Positions 11,183 through 24,557 are shown, counted from the first letter of the whole stretch. The stretch is DNA of 63,045 nt, filler included, from Dirinaria sp. TL-2023a (GCA_051941275.1; 54 parts of 54 records of this genome joined end to end with filler, not necessarily neighbours in it), one strand, 5' to 3'. Numbers and translations: made by a program. The notes: generated by a model from the sequence alone, not told the origin.

Positions 11183-12789
11183 TAGAGTTTCTCGGCAATT
11201 CTTTCTCTTAAGGATGCGCTATTAAGGATGCGCTATTAGATAGTTGATTAGGTGTGCAACTACCACAGTACCGTATGTAAGCCTTCTTTATAAGGAATCA
11301 CATTATGAGGAGTATCGGATCGTAAGAAGTCAAACCCGTTCGTAGTCTCGAAGTCTCGTCACGAAAACGTATCAATGAGATGACGATGGACTAATAGTCC
11401 ATCAACGACGAGCCGTCGCCAATTCGACAAACCGTCAAAGCTGTTTCAGTCATCGTAAGAACATCGAAAAAGAGCGATTTTAGACCCGAATCAATGTCGA
11501 TAGATCAATTGAGATGACCGTAAAATCACTGAACTTGTTGTTAGGAGTGTCGGTCTATAGAAGGGTATTGGCCCTGGAGTTCCAAATCCAAGGTCCACTC
11601 TAAGCTAACGCAAAAGCTCCTATCCATGCATTCCTCCCCTATAAGAATAAGTATACAGGGTAGACGCTTATCCCAAAGCAAAGAAAGCAAAAAGCCCTCA
11701 TCCCTCCACCACCCTCACTACCTCCTACCATAATTCTCGAGTAATTGTTTGGCGGTGCACGGGTGCTGTGTCTCCTCCATAGCGTGCTGACGGGCTACTA
11801 CAGACCCGCGAGCTCTCTGTTGATCTCTTCCACNNNNNNNNNNNNNNNNNNNNNNNNNNNNNNNNNNNNNNNNNNNNTTAATTAATTAANNNNNNNNNNN
11901 NNNNNNNNNNNNNNNNNNNNNNNNNNNNNNNNNAGACAACGTATCGATCTCAAAAATTCGAGTTAGTGGAATTTGAGCCCGTGTGAAAATCTAAAACTTT
12001 GGAAAGTTATATAGTTTTACACGTTGTTTTAGTAGCTGTTTTGTAAGTGCGTAAGAGACGGGTTTTGGTGTAAAAAGGGGGTTGCGTGTAGACTTATGCG
12101 GATGTATCAGAGGATACCTTGATCGCTAGTTGTATCTCTACCATAGAGGCTCATCTTAATTATCGTAAATCTTATTAAATGAATTGAAGCTCATTATTGT
12201 GATCTAAAATGTCAGATATTTAGAAAGTGACGAGGCAGCAGACGAATGTACAGCATTTGATTAAAATACTTGGGAAATCAGGTAGCAGCTCACCCTAGAC
12301 TCTAAGAGGGGTGATCAGATAAGTGCCAACTTTTTTCCCTTCAATCTATGAATACTCTGCGACCTTTTTGCTGCCTTAGGATTAAATGTATCCGCTCTTC
12401 TTTAGCGAAAGAACATGACTCAAGCAGATAGCGTTTACACAAAGTGGCGATGAACCGATTCATCATGAAAATGCCACTGTGGATTCGATAGATCTGTAAA
12501 TGGTAAAGAACACTAGAGAAAGAAGATGACATTGCAACGCTGATCCTGAAACATCGAGTTGAGATTGAGGAAGAAGACGTTGATAGAAGACAGCAATTTC
12601 GAGATGTTCAAGATTTCCCAACCACATCAGATGCTTGGCACGCTTTCCCACAAACAGCACCTGCACATCGGCTATGCGGAACGAACGCCGCCATGACGCA
12701 GACCCACATTTGTATAAAACCTCACCCGAAAAAACCTCATGTAGACATATTATCACCATGCCGTGAAGCAACATAGGACTCCGCCAACT

Positions 12790-13008
12790 ATGGCGACCAA
12801 CTCTATTAAACTGCTAACCGGCAACAGCCACCCAGGACTAGCCAAGCTGGTCGCCGACCGGTTCGCAACCGCTCCCTCACTGACACCTACAATTTCACTA
12901 ATCAGCAATGACACAGACTGGGCATCGAACTCACCAAGATCATGGTGCTGCAATACTCGAACCAAGAAACCTCTGTAACAATCGGTGAATCGGTGCGAGA
13001 CGAAGATG
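12790..13008 (+). CDS. PRS: Ribose-phosphate pyrophosphokinase, first two exons (12790-12860, 12917-13008)
   Basis: Spliced MATNSIKLLTGNSHPGLAKLVADR/LGIELTKIMVLQYSNQETSVTIGESVRDED; GT...AG intron. Confidence 0.93.
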
Positions 13009-14302
13009 GTACACCCCCNNNNNNNNNNNNNNNNNNNNNNNNNNNNNNNNNNNNNNNNNNNNTTAATTAATTAANNNNNNNNNNNNNNNNNNNNNNNNNN
13101 NNNNNNNNNNNNNNNNNNGTCACACGTATATTAGAAAAAAAAAATTTTCAAACTACGACGAAGTCGATTTCATTCTCAGTGAAAAATCAAAGTATCTTCG
13201 ATCGACATTCGTCAAAAGCTTACAACTCACAACTGTTGTATCGACGAAAAATAAACATCAGTAGAAAAGAACCCAAGCCTTTATTTTTCTACATAAGATT
13301 GGAACAAAGGTCAAGGATCTTGAAAAGAGATAGAGCATAATCATAGCAAGAGAATAGCAGCGCTGTTTCCAAAAACCTCTTATAAAACCGAAAATCAGCT
13401 CATTTGAGCCAAAAAATCTCAATATCGAGTCCTTCAATCGCTTTTCGATTAATATTTCAATGAGAGCAGAGTCATCAATTGAAGAAACAATGCTTGGTCA
13501 ATATCATTGAAATTATTCGACGATCCTGCTATAGTTACGTATCTTGTTCGAACTGAACCAAAACAAGAGCCAAGAATTAATCTTTCATTTCAAGATGCGA
13601 ATAAGATAGAAGATTCAGAAACAGATCAATACGAGAAAAGAAGCTGAAGAGGAAAGCGTGCTGAACATCGACTCACACTCTTTAAACTTTAAAACCCTCT
13701 CCATCAAGAAGAACATACCTCGTACTCCTTTAAAAAAAATATGTCGCAGCAAACGCTCCCAACGTTATCCCTCCAAGCAGAAATAATACTCAAAAAGAGA
13801 ATCAGCGCTTCAAAAACTTCAACTAGTTAATAACATCCTTCTACACTATAACCGATTTACGAACTTGTTAACGACAAAAAATAGAGATAAAGCAGTTCTT
13901 AACAGATCGATACGATCAGATAAAGAAGTACGTCGATTGAGTGTATAGTTAATCAATTGCGGTTTGATTCTTGGATTCAAGAGAAATTTGAAGATAAATG
14001 GGTTGTGGATTCATGTAGTCAGAATAGTCTCGCGTGCATGAAACGTATGAGATGAAGGGACAGAGGAAAACCGTTGACTCGAGCGGCACCGTGTGCTACT
14101 GATCAACCGATATCGTCGAGAAACCCCCTCATCATTAGCGTCCAAAAAACCCAAAAAACAAACTCTCAAAAAAAAATCATTATTTTGATAATGATGAAGT
14201 GANNNNNNNNNNNNNNNNNNNNNNNNNNNNNNNNNNNNNNNNNNNNTTAATTAATTAANNNNNNNNNNNNNNNNNNNNNNNNNNNNNNNNNNNNNNNNNN
14301 NN

Positions 14303-15385
14303 GTATAAGATTTCTGATAATTCGAATTCGACTTTACAACGTTTATTTGATCTGAGTTTGACGTCGATTCAGCGATAATTTGCAATCGCTGAGAAGAAAT
14401 ATTCATCGTAGTATTGATCATTTTTTGCGAGTTCGCTCGAAAAGACTGAGAATAGTATTGCTGTTTTGACTGTAAATAATTGAACTGAAACTGATTTTGA
14501 CGATTATTGATATTATACTGATCGTAGAATGATCGATTGTCATCAGACTGTCTGTCTTATTCAGTGTGACTGTCTTGATCTTGAGCAGTATCACGCATGA
14601 CTTTAGCTTCTTTGACTCATCAATCATTTTTGAATTTCTTCATCTGTTTGAGAAATTCGTTCATCGTTGTGCTCTCGAAAAACATTCTCAGATTCTCGAG
14701 TCGAACTTTCATGTTTATATCATTGTAGATGATATCAAGCTGATTGAGAACGTTCATTTTGACATCTCTGACATTTCTCAATATCTTCTGAGCGTATTCT
14801 CTTGACTCTCTACGATTGACGACATCGCGAACGATGTATCGCTCGCGAAAAACATTTTGTAAAGCAACATTATGAGAGACTCGAAACTGTTCGAGCAAAA
14901 GACTCGATCATTTCGTCAACTCGTCGATTGCTTCGAGCATGATCATTCTAATCATTCTACGCTCATTGTTCGATAGCTTTTCTGTGTATCATTTCTGCGA
15001 TGTGTCGACTAAGCTCAATCACAGATTATTTCTCATCTTTTGTGTTTCTCTGATAACGATCATCTCTTTGACCCTGATAAAAAAGAGATGTATGTCTCTA
15101 AAATAGATATTCTTGTCGTCATATTCCATTTCTGAGACTTCGCTCGCCACGATCTTCTCATCATAATTGAGATCAAAGAATTCTAGCTTCGCAGAATTTC
15201 ATTTGATTTTATCGAAGTTATCACGATAAATCTCATCATCGTGATCGTTATCGAATTCGTCGTTATCGTCAGATTCATCGTTACTCGATGAATCATCAGA
15301 TGATCGTCGTTCTTGACGTAGAATGATGCTCTGCATTTCTTGTAGTTGCTGAGTGAACTGAGTCGTCATTTGTCTCATGATCGCC
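14303..15385 (-). pseudogene. Ty3/gypsy gag relic, hypermutated
   Basis: *NSAKLEFFDL...YFRDIHLF...RERYIVRDVVNRRESREYAQKILR resembles fungal gypsy gag; CC/GG nearly absent. Confidence 0.65.
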
Positions 15386-15809
15386 NNNNNNNNNNNNNNN
15401 NNNNNNNNNNNNNNNNNNNNNNNNNNNNNTTAATTAATTAANNNNNNNNNNNNNNNNNNNNNNNNNNNNNNNNNNNNNNNNNNNNGGGGCTCATGCCTTG
15501 CAGCTTCGTCAATGGTCCTTGCGGGAGCATGAAAGCCGTCATGGGACACATGGTAGTATTCTAGCTTTGGATAAATCAAATCCTCAGTCGAGAGTTGACC
15601 AGGCGTGGTGGTTGAGGAAGGCTCGAGGAATCGACGCGAAAGATCGACCAAAAACTCAAATGCGCGCGCCCGCTGTCAACACTAGCGTGGTATTATCTAA
15701 ATCAGATTCGAATATCAACACCACATTTGATAACTTCATTTTGGGTTGACAATCCCCACGAGATCTTGACTGATGCGCATCGCTGGGTTGAGGTGCGTAT
15801 CCCGACGAT

Positions 15810-16566
15810 ATGTTTTCTCCACCGGTCAATGTGCCAGCAAACACCACTTCGCGCAACTCCAAGAGACGACAACGCAACGGCTCAGACGACTCACTAGCTC
15901 TTCGACACAACCCCAAACGCTTACGACGATCAGGTCTTACTCAAGAGACTTTTCAACCTCCTGAAGCGCCGGAAGTGAATGGCCATACCGAGTCTGCTGA
16001 AAATGAACCTACCACAAACGGTTATACGAAAGCCTCAAGCCAGAAAGATGCGGCGGTCGATACTACAAGTCTCACAATTCGCGACCGAGGCGTCACGAGG
16101 CCGGATCGCGAGAATAGAAACACTCGTATTCAAGAGGGCAGAGACTTAGTAGGTGTCTTCGAGCAAGGAGATTTGAAATCGAAAATGCTAACGGAGCGGC
16201 TTCCCAGACCAAGAACAGTAATTACATCGTCACACAGCTACCTACTACCCCGGATCAATTGCAAGGACTCGATAATATTCGTGAGCAGGATCTCTAATAC
16301 CTCGCCAAGTTGTTGGAGCTGCTGACAAGGAACAGAACCTTGGAATGGTGAGATATCGACAAAGCTAGGCTACGCTCTCGCAACCACGCACGAGCATGCA
16401 ATAGTATGGCGCTACACTCAAAGCTCAAGATCCAGCCAGTACATGAAGCCGCTGATGATCAAACTTCTTCATGCTTCGACCAACACCCGCCAACCGCTAC
16501 CGCTTGGCCTCCTGGTCCCTTCGTCTGGGGAACCCTCACTTCTCGTGGTAATGCCCACGAGCGGCA
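15810..16566 (+). CDS. NUP133: Nucleoporin Nup133, 5' part with introns
   Basis: MFSP...SKRRQR...PKRLRRS N-terminus; downstream exons TKNSNYIVTQLPTTPDQL and GYALATTHEHAIVWRY. Confidence 0.75.
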
Positions 16567-19027
16567 NNNNNNNNNNNNNNNNNNNNNNNNNNNNNNNNNN
16601 NNNNNNNNNNTTAATTAATTAANNNNNNNNNNNNNNNNNNNNNNNNNNNNNNNNNNNNNNNNNNNNGAAATGGACTGCTTCTACTGGAAACATCGGCGTC
16701 AACTTCGGCACCTACCCGTACACCTTCTACAGCCTGCATTTATACTCGAGTGACGATTGCAAGGGGGATATGGGCACGATCTGGCCGGATAAAGGAAGGA
16801 AGTTGGGGCCCACGAGGCATGCGAACCACGGGCCGAATACGTGCAATGCGACGGTGGCCAATTGGCAGGGGATTAAGAGTGTGGAGAGGTGGAGGTAGGG
16901 ATGTGTACGGTTTGTATGGTGTTCGCTCTTCCTTTTTTTTTTTTTTGGTGGATGGTAAAACTTAGATATTCGTCCCCACCAAGCCGGAAAAACCGTTAGG
17001 GTTATCGCAGAATTAATATTGAATCACCGCACACACCATGATGTACTGTATCTTGCAGGCAGAAGCGGACAAAGCATCAAAACAGCAATTACACATCGCG
17101 GTCGATCTCGCGGAGGTGAAGCAAGAGGTGGAGCAGAAGAATGCCAGAATACGATGCTATAATAGGCAATGACCGAATTCGATAGAATAATAGATCGCAA
17201 GACACAAGATCTAAGATGGGCGCAAAAAAAAGAAAGCAGCGACGTATATGTGAAAGAGATTAATTGTCAGAGAAATGAATTTCAGCCACGAATGCTCCTC
17301 GTGATTTTTTCACAATGTATGCTGACGCGATTTCCGCGCCCAACTGAATAGTTCGTTCCCCCCCCCCTTTGATTCCTGCCTCTTGACTTAGATTAACATT
17401 TCCCTACCTCACATAGACCAACCGGTATCTATCTATCTATCAATCAGAGATAGCTCTCAAATTACACAGAAGCAGAAATTCCGTCATGCATGCATGCATG
17501 CATGATTCCCGAAGAACGAATCTTCTGAGAAATGTGAGCCGACTGTTTGACACGCCAAATGAAATTTTTTTTTTTTTTTTGGGGTGGGGGGGAAAGGAAG
17601 GAAGCAAGAGACGAAAAAACGAATCGATCGTTGATCTTCCTTTTGAAGCTAAAAAAAAGCAAAAGCAAAAGCAAAGCAGTAGTAAACAATGGAGAGGACT
17701 TGAAGAGGCATCATAATCATAGAGATATGCATTGCATTGCAATAACGNNNNNNNNNNNNNNNNNNNNNNNNNNNNNNNNNNNNNNNNNNNNTTAATTAAT
17801 TAANNNNNNNNNNNNNNNNNNNNNNNNNNNNNNNNNNNNNNNNNNNNGCCGGCGTCGGCGCCAGCGCTTCGCTGATGGCCCGGAACAAAGACCAAAACCA
17901 ACAAGGCAGCGCATTCGACTTCAGCCTGACATTCATGGGCGAAACGCTCAGCTACAAGAAAAACCAGGTCGTCTCCGTCGCCAAGGAGGTGGGGAAAGAG
18001 ATCAAAGATGGGGCTGCTGGGGCAGCGGCGGCGGCGGGGTCGAAAGCCGTTGGCGGAGGGCCGAAGTGAGGTTCTGCTGGGAAGGAGGCAATGGTGATGA
18101 TTACTTTATGGGGAGTGGTGGTTACGTTTAGAAGGATTTAATGTCGGTTGCGGGTTGGTGATTGGGGGGGGGTTTTATAGCGCTGGCGTTTTTCCCTTTT
18201 TTTCTCTTCTCCCTCTTTTTTTTTTGGGGTGATTCATAAGCATCCAGTATGAGCGAATCTTCAGTTTTTAAAGAGGAAAACAATTAGATTATAGACTTGT
18301 TTTTGTTTTCGCGAATGCATTAGATCTATCTATGTAGATACCCCGTCAGAGGGGCCGGGGCCGGGGGAACATACCTTATATATAATACCTTACCCTCTTA
18401 ACTTCCTATACAGTATCCAATCCAAATATAGATGTAATCTTTTGTTCCCCTCCCCTCTCTCTCTTATAAGCCAATTTATGAGATCTAGATCTTGATCCAG
18501 ATCCCCCCGTCCTACAGGAAAGGGGTTGGGAGAAACGAAAATTCCTTCCTCTCAATCTCACGATATTCACTATACTGTCGCTGTTCTGTGCTTTTCCCCT
18601 CTTATTAATTAAATCAGGTAGGTCCTCGTTCTCGATAACTATATTTTATCCAAGCAAATTTTCCAAGCGGGTTTTAAAAAAAAAAAAAAAAAAAATAAAA
18701 AGGGGGGGGAATATACCTCCATCTGCAATCCAGTCCTTCCTTGCTCCTCACCCCCTGCCTCTCTCCCAAAACCCCCCTCACGCACACACCAAAGCCAAAG
18801 TTCCCCAAACCGCGATATAAGGCGAACGAACCATCTGTTCATAACCACAGCACCACGTCCCCCCTTTAGCCCCCCAATACATACCGTACGTGATATTTAA
18901 AAGTCGAGTGCAGGGTAAACCTAGATCNNNNNNNNNNNNNNNNNNNNNNNNNNNNNNNNNNNNNNNNNNNNTTAATTAATTAANNNNNNNNNNNNNNNNN
19001 NNNNNNNNNNNNNNNNNNNNNNNNNNN

Positions 19028-19600
19028 TTTCATTAAACTTACTTTTAACAAGCATGTAGTCAAACACCAGGTGCCTGTATGTATTAAGTTATCCCATATA
19101 TAGATTCCCATTCACTAGAGATCATCCCATTTGTTAATAGGTTATGAGCGCTCGCGCAGCTTAAGCTGCAGAAAGCAGCAGAAAAAATGCTACAGAAAAT
19201 AGCAAGTTAGCTGCGGAAAACAGCAAAGCATCATCGTCATGAAATCAGATTTCTCAAATCTTTTATCCAACTCACAGAGCACAATTTACTCGAAATGATA
19301 CGTCGACATAGTAGACGCTCATTTGCGAAACAAGAGTTCTATGAATTTATACACAGTCATGGTCTGAAGATCTCAATGAGAAAGAAAAAAAGTGAACAGA
19401 GAACGCAGAGAAAATCGCGCATATTATGACATCTACAATTAGTTCTTTTTTCAAAAGAAAATTTTCCAAAAAAAAACTTCATCGACGATTATTTTATGCT
19501 ACAAAAAGTAACTTCTCTGTTGCAAGCATTAGAAGAGACGAATTTCATCGCTGAAAAAAAGCATTCTAAAACAACATCAAAATAGCTTCAAGAAAGATTA
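19028..19600 (+). mobile_element. Copia-type 5' LTR end, PBS GGTTATGAGC (19140-19149) and degenerate gag region
   Basis: TTAATA (likely mutated TTAACA) directly followed by GGTTATGAGC, typical start of fungal copia internal regions; related LTR sequence at about 19899-19967. Confidence 0.55.
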
Positions 19601-19704
19601 GCAAAGAAAAAAAAAACGAGAACGAAACTCAAACAATTGCGCATCATGTGTAGATTTTTTTTTTTTTTTTGGAGTCAGGATGACTTCTTTAGACTAAAAA
19701 AGTC

Positions 19705-19982
19705 TGTTAGGGTCTATGACCTGTTGTTAGGTCGGAAAGACCTGTTTTGGCGCCAGGAAGGTGCATACCCTACTTAGGGGGTGTCAGGAAGGTGCCCAAA
19801 TCGATGGGGGGTGTTTTTTTTTTTTTTTTTGGCGATTGTGATCATCTCCCCAGTATGATTTGCTTTCATAGAATTCTTTGATTTTTTTTCATTAGGTGAA
19901 CACCAGGTGCCTGTATGTATTGGGTATCTCATAGATAGATTTCCATTTATTTGAGGCCATCACATTCAGACAGTTTCCAATA
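19705..19982 (+). mobile_element. Putative LTR related to 19028-19139
   Basis: TGTTAG...CCAATA ends; shares AACACCAGGTGCCTGTATGTATT and following sequence; boundaries uncertain. Confidence 0.4.
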
Positions 19983-20889
19983 AAGCGTGGAGTATGATCT
20001 GACAACAGTGCATTCGCTACTGGCATGGGGAAACGAGTATAGTTGATGATAGGGGTGATGATGATCTAGGTAAATTTGCGCAGAGCCGTTCACTGTGACT
20101 AAGTGCCNNNNNNNNNNNNNNNNNNNNNNNNNNNNNNNNNNNNNNNNNNNNTTAATTAATTAANNNNNNNNNNNNNNNNNNNNNNNNNNNNNNNNNNNNN
20201 NNNNNNNTTTAATTAGTCATCATCAATAGTTAGTATTTTAGTTGGAGCTTTTGTTCCAAGAAAATGCATCCTGCTTCTACCCATAAGAACGTGCACCTTG
20301 CTTGGTACCAACCATTTTCTGACGATCTATCGATGCGATGACGATATGGCCCTGAAGCAGTGATCACGTTGTTATTAAGTTATTTGTCAATCACATTGTC
20401 AATCACATTGTACGAAATTCTGAGAGGCCACCGCTATACTGAGGCCCTTGTTGTTACCTACACCCTCCTTACCATACTTCTCCTACCGCTACCTACCCCA
20501 ATCCCCCTATCGAGGCCAATTGTATCTATTTCATACTAATAACCCTGAACTCTACATCATCACCGCATACTCCAAAGCCTTTGACCACGGAGCTGACTGA
20601 TGTTTTTAAAGAAATCCGATTTTACACCTTCTCTCTGAATTCCTCAAGTTCCTCATATTCCGCCTTCAGTTCGAATAACCCCGCATCTGCCGACCTTGTA
20701 CCTTTCGATTCTGTGAACTTGTGGACAGAATTGCCTTACAATCACCGTACCGTCTCAGAGAACGAGAAACGTCAATCTTATTTATCGTCGTTGTTAACGT
20801 TGAATTCAATTCTCAACTCAGCTAACATCACTTCTTCACTCAATTTAGCGAACACAATCTCGCTTTATTATTCGATTTCTATTATCTCA

Positions 20890-21286
20890 ATCATGACTGT
20901 TTACAATTTCACGAGTCTCACGTTCATTTTCTGTGAAACGTTTGCGAGAAATAACACGATATCTGCTGCTGGATGACTAAAAAAGTATGATCACGAGATG
21001 TCAAAATACAAATCGAATGCAATCTTCATAATATTCTCAGTCATTTATTTGAAAATCTTAGCATGTTTCTCATCGACGACGTCGCGAAATGATCAGAGTT
21101 TCATTCGAAGACAGTACGTCTTTTGAGTGAAGACTTATTTGATCAAATCACGATGAAAATCTTCAGATCTTTTCTCTGCGAACGATTTTCATTCAAAGCG
21201 ATTGAGATAATCTCGATTCTCTTCGACGTAGAGCTGAAGAGACTCAAACAAAAAAAGAATGAATCTCTACAAGCATACTACAAGAG
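20890..21286 (+). pseudogene. Ty3/gypsy gag relic
   Basis: FRSFLCERFS...LKQKKNESLQAYY resembles the gag LxQxxxESxxxY motif; in-frame TGA stops. Confidence 0.6.
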
Positions 21287-21386
21287 NNNNNNNNNNNNNN
21301 NNNNNNNNNNNNNNNNNNNNNNNNNNNNNNTTAATTAATTAANNNNNNNNNNNNNNNNNNNNNNNNNNNNNNNNNNNNNNNNNNNN

Positions 21387-22313
21387 GTAATTCGCTAATA
21401 TTGAATAGTGAATATCAATTCTTGATCGTGATAGCGTTCAGCTTTCGATAGTCAACACATAGACGTAATGTTTCGTTCTTCTTGAGTACAAAAAGAATCG
21501 AGTATTCTGTCGCTGATTGCGATTTTCGTATAAAATTCTTTCTTAGATTTTTCTTCAAATACTGTTTAAGAACTTCTAGTTCTTTTTCTGATAGAGCATA
21601 GATAGATTCAAACGTTGAATTCGTGTCTAACATGAGTCGTATTTCACGATCTCACGTTTGATGTTTAGATAAAATTTTGCTGTCTTTCTCTTTATGAAAT
21701 AGATGATCTTACTGTCGATAAATATTTGACACTCTGCGCGAAGATTTACGTTTCTTAGTCGTATCTTCATGATATTTCGAAGATGCGTTAATTTCTTTCT
21801 GAACTCTGATTTCTTGATTCTGCTGATCTTTGCTGATATCTGTCGAGTCGGATCCCTTTGAGTCATTCTTATTCGAAGCTGCTAGTTCGCGTCTAGTAGT
21901 CTTCTCATCTGTCGTCGTTCTCTGTTGACGTACAGATTGAGTTGTGATTACGCATTCACATCTCTCAAACTTGAGTACTCTCTTCTTTCAATCGATACTG
22001 AGATTGTGTTTCTTTAATCAAAACATTCTCAATACAATATCGTGACTAATCATGCTAACGATATCAAAAGTAAACTTCTCACGATGCTGTTGAATAGTCG
22101 TCGTTAGTGATATCGTTTCTCTATTCACTCTTTTTTTGTTGTTTATCAATAACTGTTCGTCGACTGTTACTAGATCGTAGACATCATTCTTGATCTGAGT
22201 AACGAATTCATGTTGCTCTGTCAGATGTTCTGTCATAAAATTCTCTGTTGCGTCTGAATCGATCAATATCACTGATCGTTTCTCGTGAATTCATATTAAC
22301 GTTTTGAGAATGT
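21387..22313 (-). pseudogene. Ty3/gypsy pol relic (protease and RT N-terminus)
   Basis: LIDSDATENFM protease; IYALSEKELEVLKQYL...ILFVLKKNETLRLCVDYRKLNAITIKN RT. Confidence 0.9.
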
Positions 22314-22403
22314 TGTCAAAGATCCAACCTTGGTTAGATAGGTTTCCCAATGCTAAAAGTCCCGGCAGCGTCAAAAGACTAACTAAATCAAGTCAAGGGA
22401 CTT
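22314..22403 (-). mobile_element. Truncated family A LTR abutting telomere
   Basis: Matches first 90 bp of 484-613 with 4 differences. Confidence 0.9.
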
Positions 22404-22406
22404 TTC

Positions 22407-22465
22407 TTAGGGTTAGGGTTAGGGTTAGGGTTAGGGTTAGGGTTAGGGTTAGGGTTAGGGTTAGG
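22407..22465 (+). repeat. Telomeric (TTAGGG)n array running to contig end
   Basis: 9 perfect units plus TTAGG; G-rich strand oriented toward contig end. Confidence 0.93.
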
Positions 22466-24343
22466 NNNNNNNNNNNNNNNNNNNNNNNNNNNNNNNNNNN
22501 NNNNNNNNNTTAATTAATTAANNNNNNNNNNNNNNNNNNNNNNNNNNNNNNNNNNNNNNNNNNNNAGCAAAACATGCAGATCAATCAGCTCAATATGAAC
22601 ATGGTGAATCAGACCCTTATGATGCAGAATCAACAGAATGTGGCGCTCAATCAAGCAAACATGCAAGCGATGAACAACCCGGCGATGAATCCTGCTGCTT
22701 TCGGGATGGTGGGGGGCGCTCCCATTGGCGCTATGTGTTGATCATAATCTGTTGCAAATCTCCGATTCAATAAGCATGTCCGTTTCTTCGGTTATCTGGA
22801 ATACACATGGATGGCGCTCTTTTCACGGAGGAATATTCTTGGTTAGAGATTCATCAAAATATTCCAATACCGATAGCAATCAAGCTAGCTCGAAACTCCC
22901 ACCAGTCCACCCATGCTTCCTCGTCAATCTACAGCCATAGAACCTCAATCTCTCCGACGTTGACGAGAATTACGAGACATGTGGTGGTAGACAAGCACGT
23001 CTCTGTACATAAGTATCGAATGATACTCATCTCTTGGTAGAGCACAACGCGCAACATTTCGCTTTCCCTGGCAGAACACAGTGCCTTGTTCGGTAACCCA
23101 ATAGAGAGACCACCAAAGTCCGCTTTCCAATCTTACGTACCGACTCATCGTTGAATTTCTTTCGCTATCGCCATTTCGTCGCGGGCTTACCTTGTCAGCC
23201 TTCACATTGACTGGGATAGCCTGCGACCGTATTTGGGCCGCCTTACTTGGTATGTCGGTGAGTTTTCTCATATCCATTAGTCCTACTCAGCCTCGTCCTC
23301 TCAAGTCTCGACCGCATAGCCGATCAGGCCTCCGAGGGCATGTTGGATTAATGTCGTTCCGTCAACGCATGATTGCGGACGGAGACAGCAGCCTAGTGAT
23401 AGCTGACGACGGCGATCACAACGGCGCCATCATCATCGACGATTGAGTCTCATTTTTTCCTCGACCATCACGTATCGTAATGTCTCGGATTCTGAGTGGA
23501 CATGATCTTCATGGGAAGCCATCGCTCCGGAGTTTCTTCTTTGGTCAATACACACACACGTACCTTCTTCTTCTGAATTCAGTGATCATTTGATCTATTT
23601 TAGGGAGGTCCTGGGCGTGGCGAATCGAGATCCACATACTNNNNNNNNNNNNNNNNNNNNNNNNNNNNNNNNNNNNNNNNNNNNTTAATTAATTAANNNN
23701 NNNNNNNNNNNNNNNNNNNNNNNNNNNNNNNNNNNNNNNNGCGTTCCTCAGTCCGTGATGATAAGAAAGATCAGTGAGAAAAGAGGCAGAGGCAGACGAA
23801 AATGCTTCAGGCCTATACCATTCTTCGCCGACTTCGTCTTGGAATGTTTCATCGGCGGAACTCCAGAGGCTGTTAGACTCCCTCCTGAAGCAAGTCGATT
23901 AGTTGGAGGTAGCAATAACGATGGCTGGAAACTGAGTGCCGTCAGTCTACTGTAACGCTATCGAGCAGAAATAGTTGGCACATATAAATCAGCCTGTGAA
24001 AGCCGAGGACGAAGGCAATGATGCAGTTGGATTAGAGAGCGATAATGATGAGGAAGATTATGTAGATGTGTATAAGGGTGATAAAGACGAGGATGAAGAT
24101 AGTAATGAAATATTCGAGAAAGAGTGAAGACGAATATGGAGATTGCGGTGAAGATGACGATGACAGTGAAGAAGTGAAAGAAGCCAAGGACGAAGATGAC
24201 CATGAAGACGACGAAATGAGTGAGGATGATTCTAATGAGAAAATCGAATGCGACAGTGCACAAAGTAAGCGGAGGAAAACAATAACGTAGTTGTGGCGGG
24301 TGAAGGATGATGTTGTGTTTGGTTTCCTGTCTAGGTTTGCAAG

Positions 24344-24557
24344 TGTCATGGTGCTAAGTTACATAGTCCTCGATGGAGTCTGCAAAGCCTAACGTGGTTT
24401 GCATGTGCGGCTAGGGGGGTTGCTAATGTTATATACCAGGGCAACACCATTCCCCTTCTTCTTTTCTGATCTTTCGTCTTGTACAATAAACCTAGTCATA
24501 CCTTAATAGTCAATCCCGATACCTTCTGTTTAGATGGTCCCAGCCCAGTCCCTGACA
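24344..24557 (+). mobile_element. Short LTR (214 bp)
   Basis: TGTCA...TGACA termini, TATATA and AATAAA in order; flanks GCAAG/AGAAA give no TSD. Confidence 0.65.

Noticed and set aside
15270..15302. Minus-strand CTGATGA followed by a hairpin, possible hammerhead ribozyme
   Set aside because: No GAAA after stem II; lies in acidic codons of gag relic
22304..22513. ORF with (RV)n tract
   Set aside because: Translation of LTR plus telomere repeats
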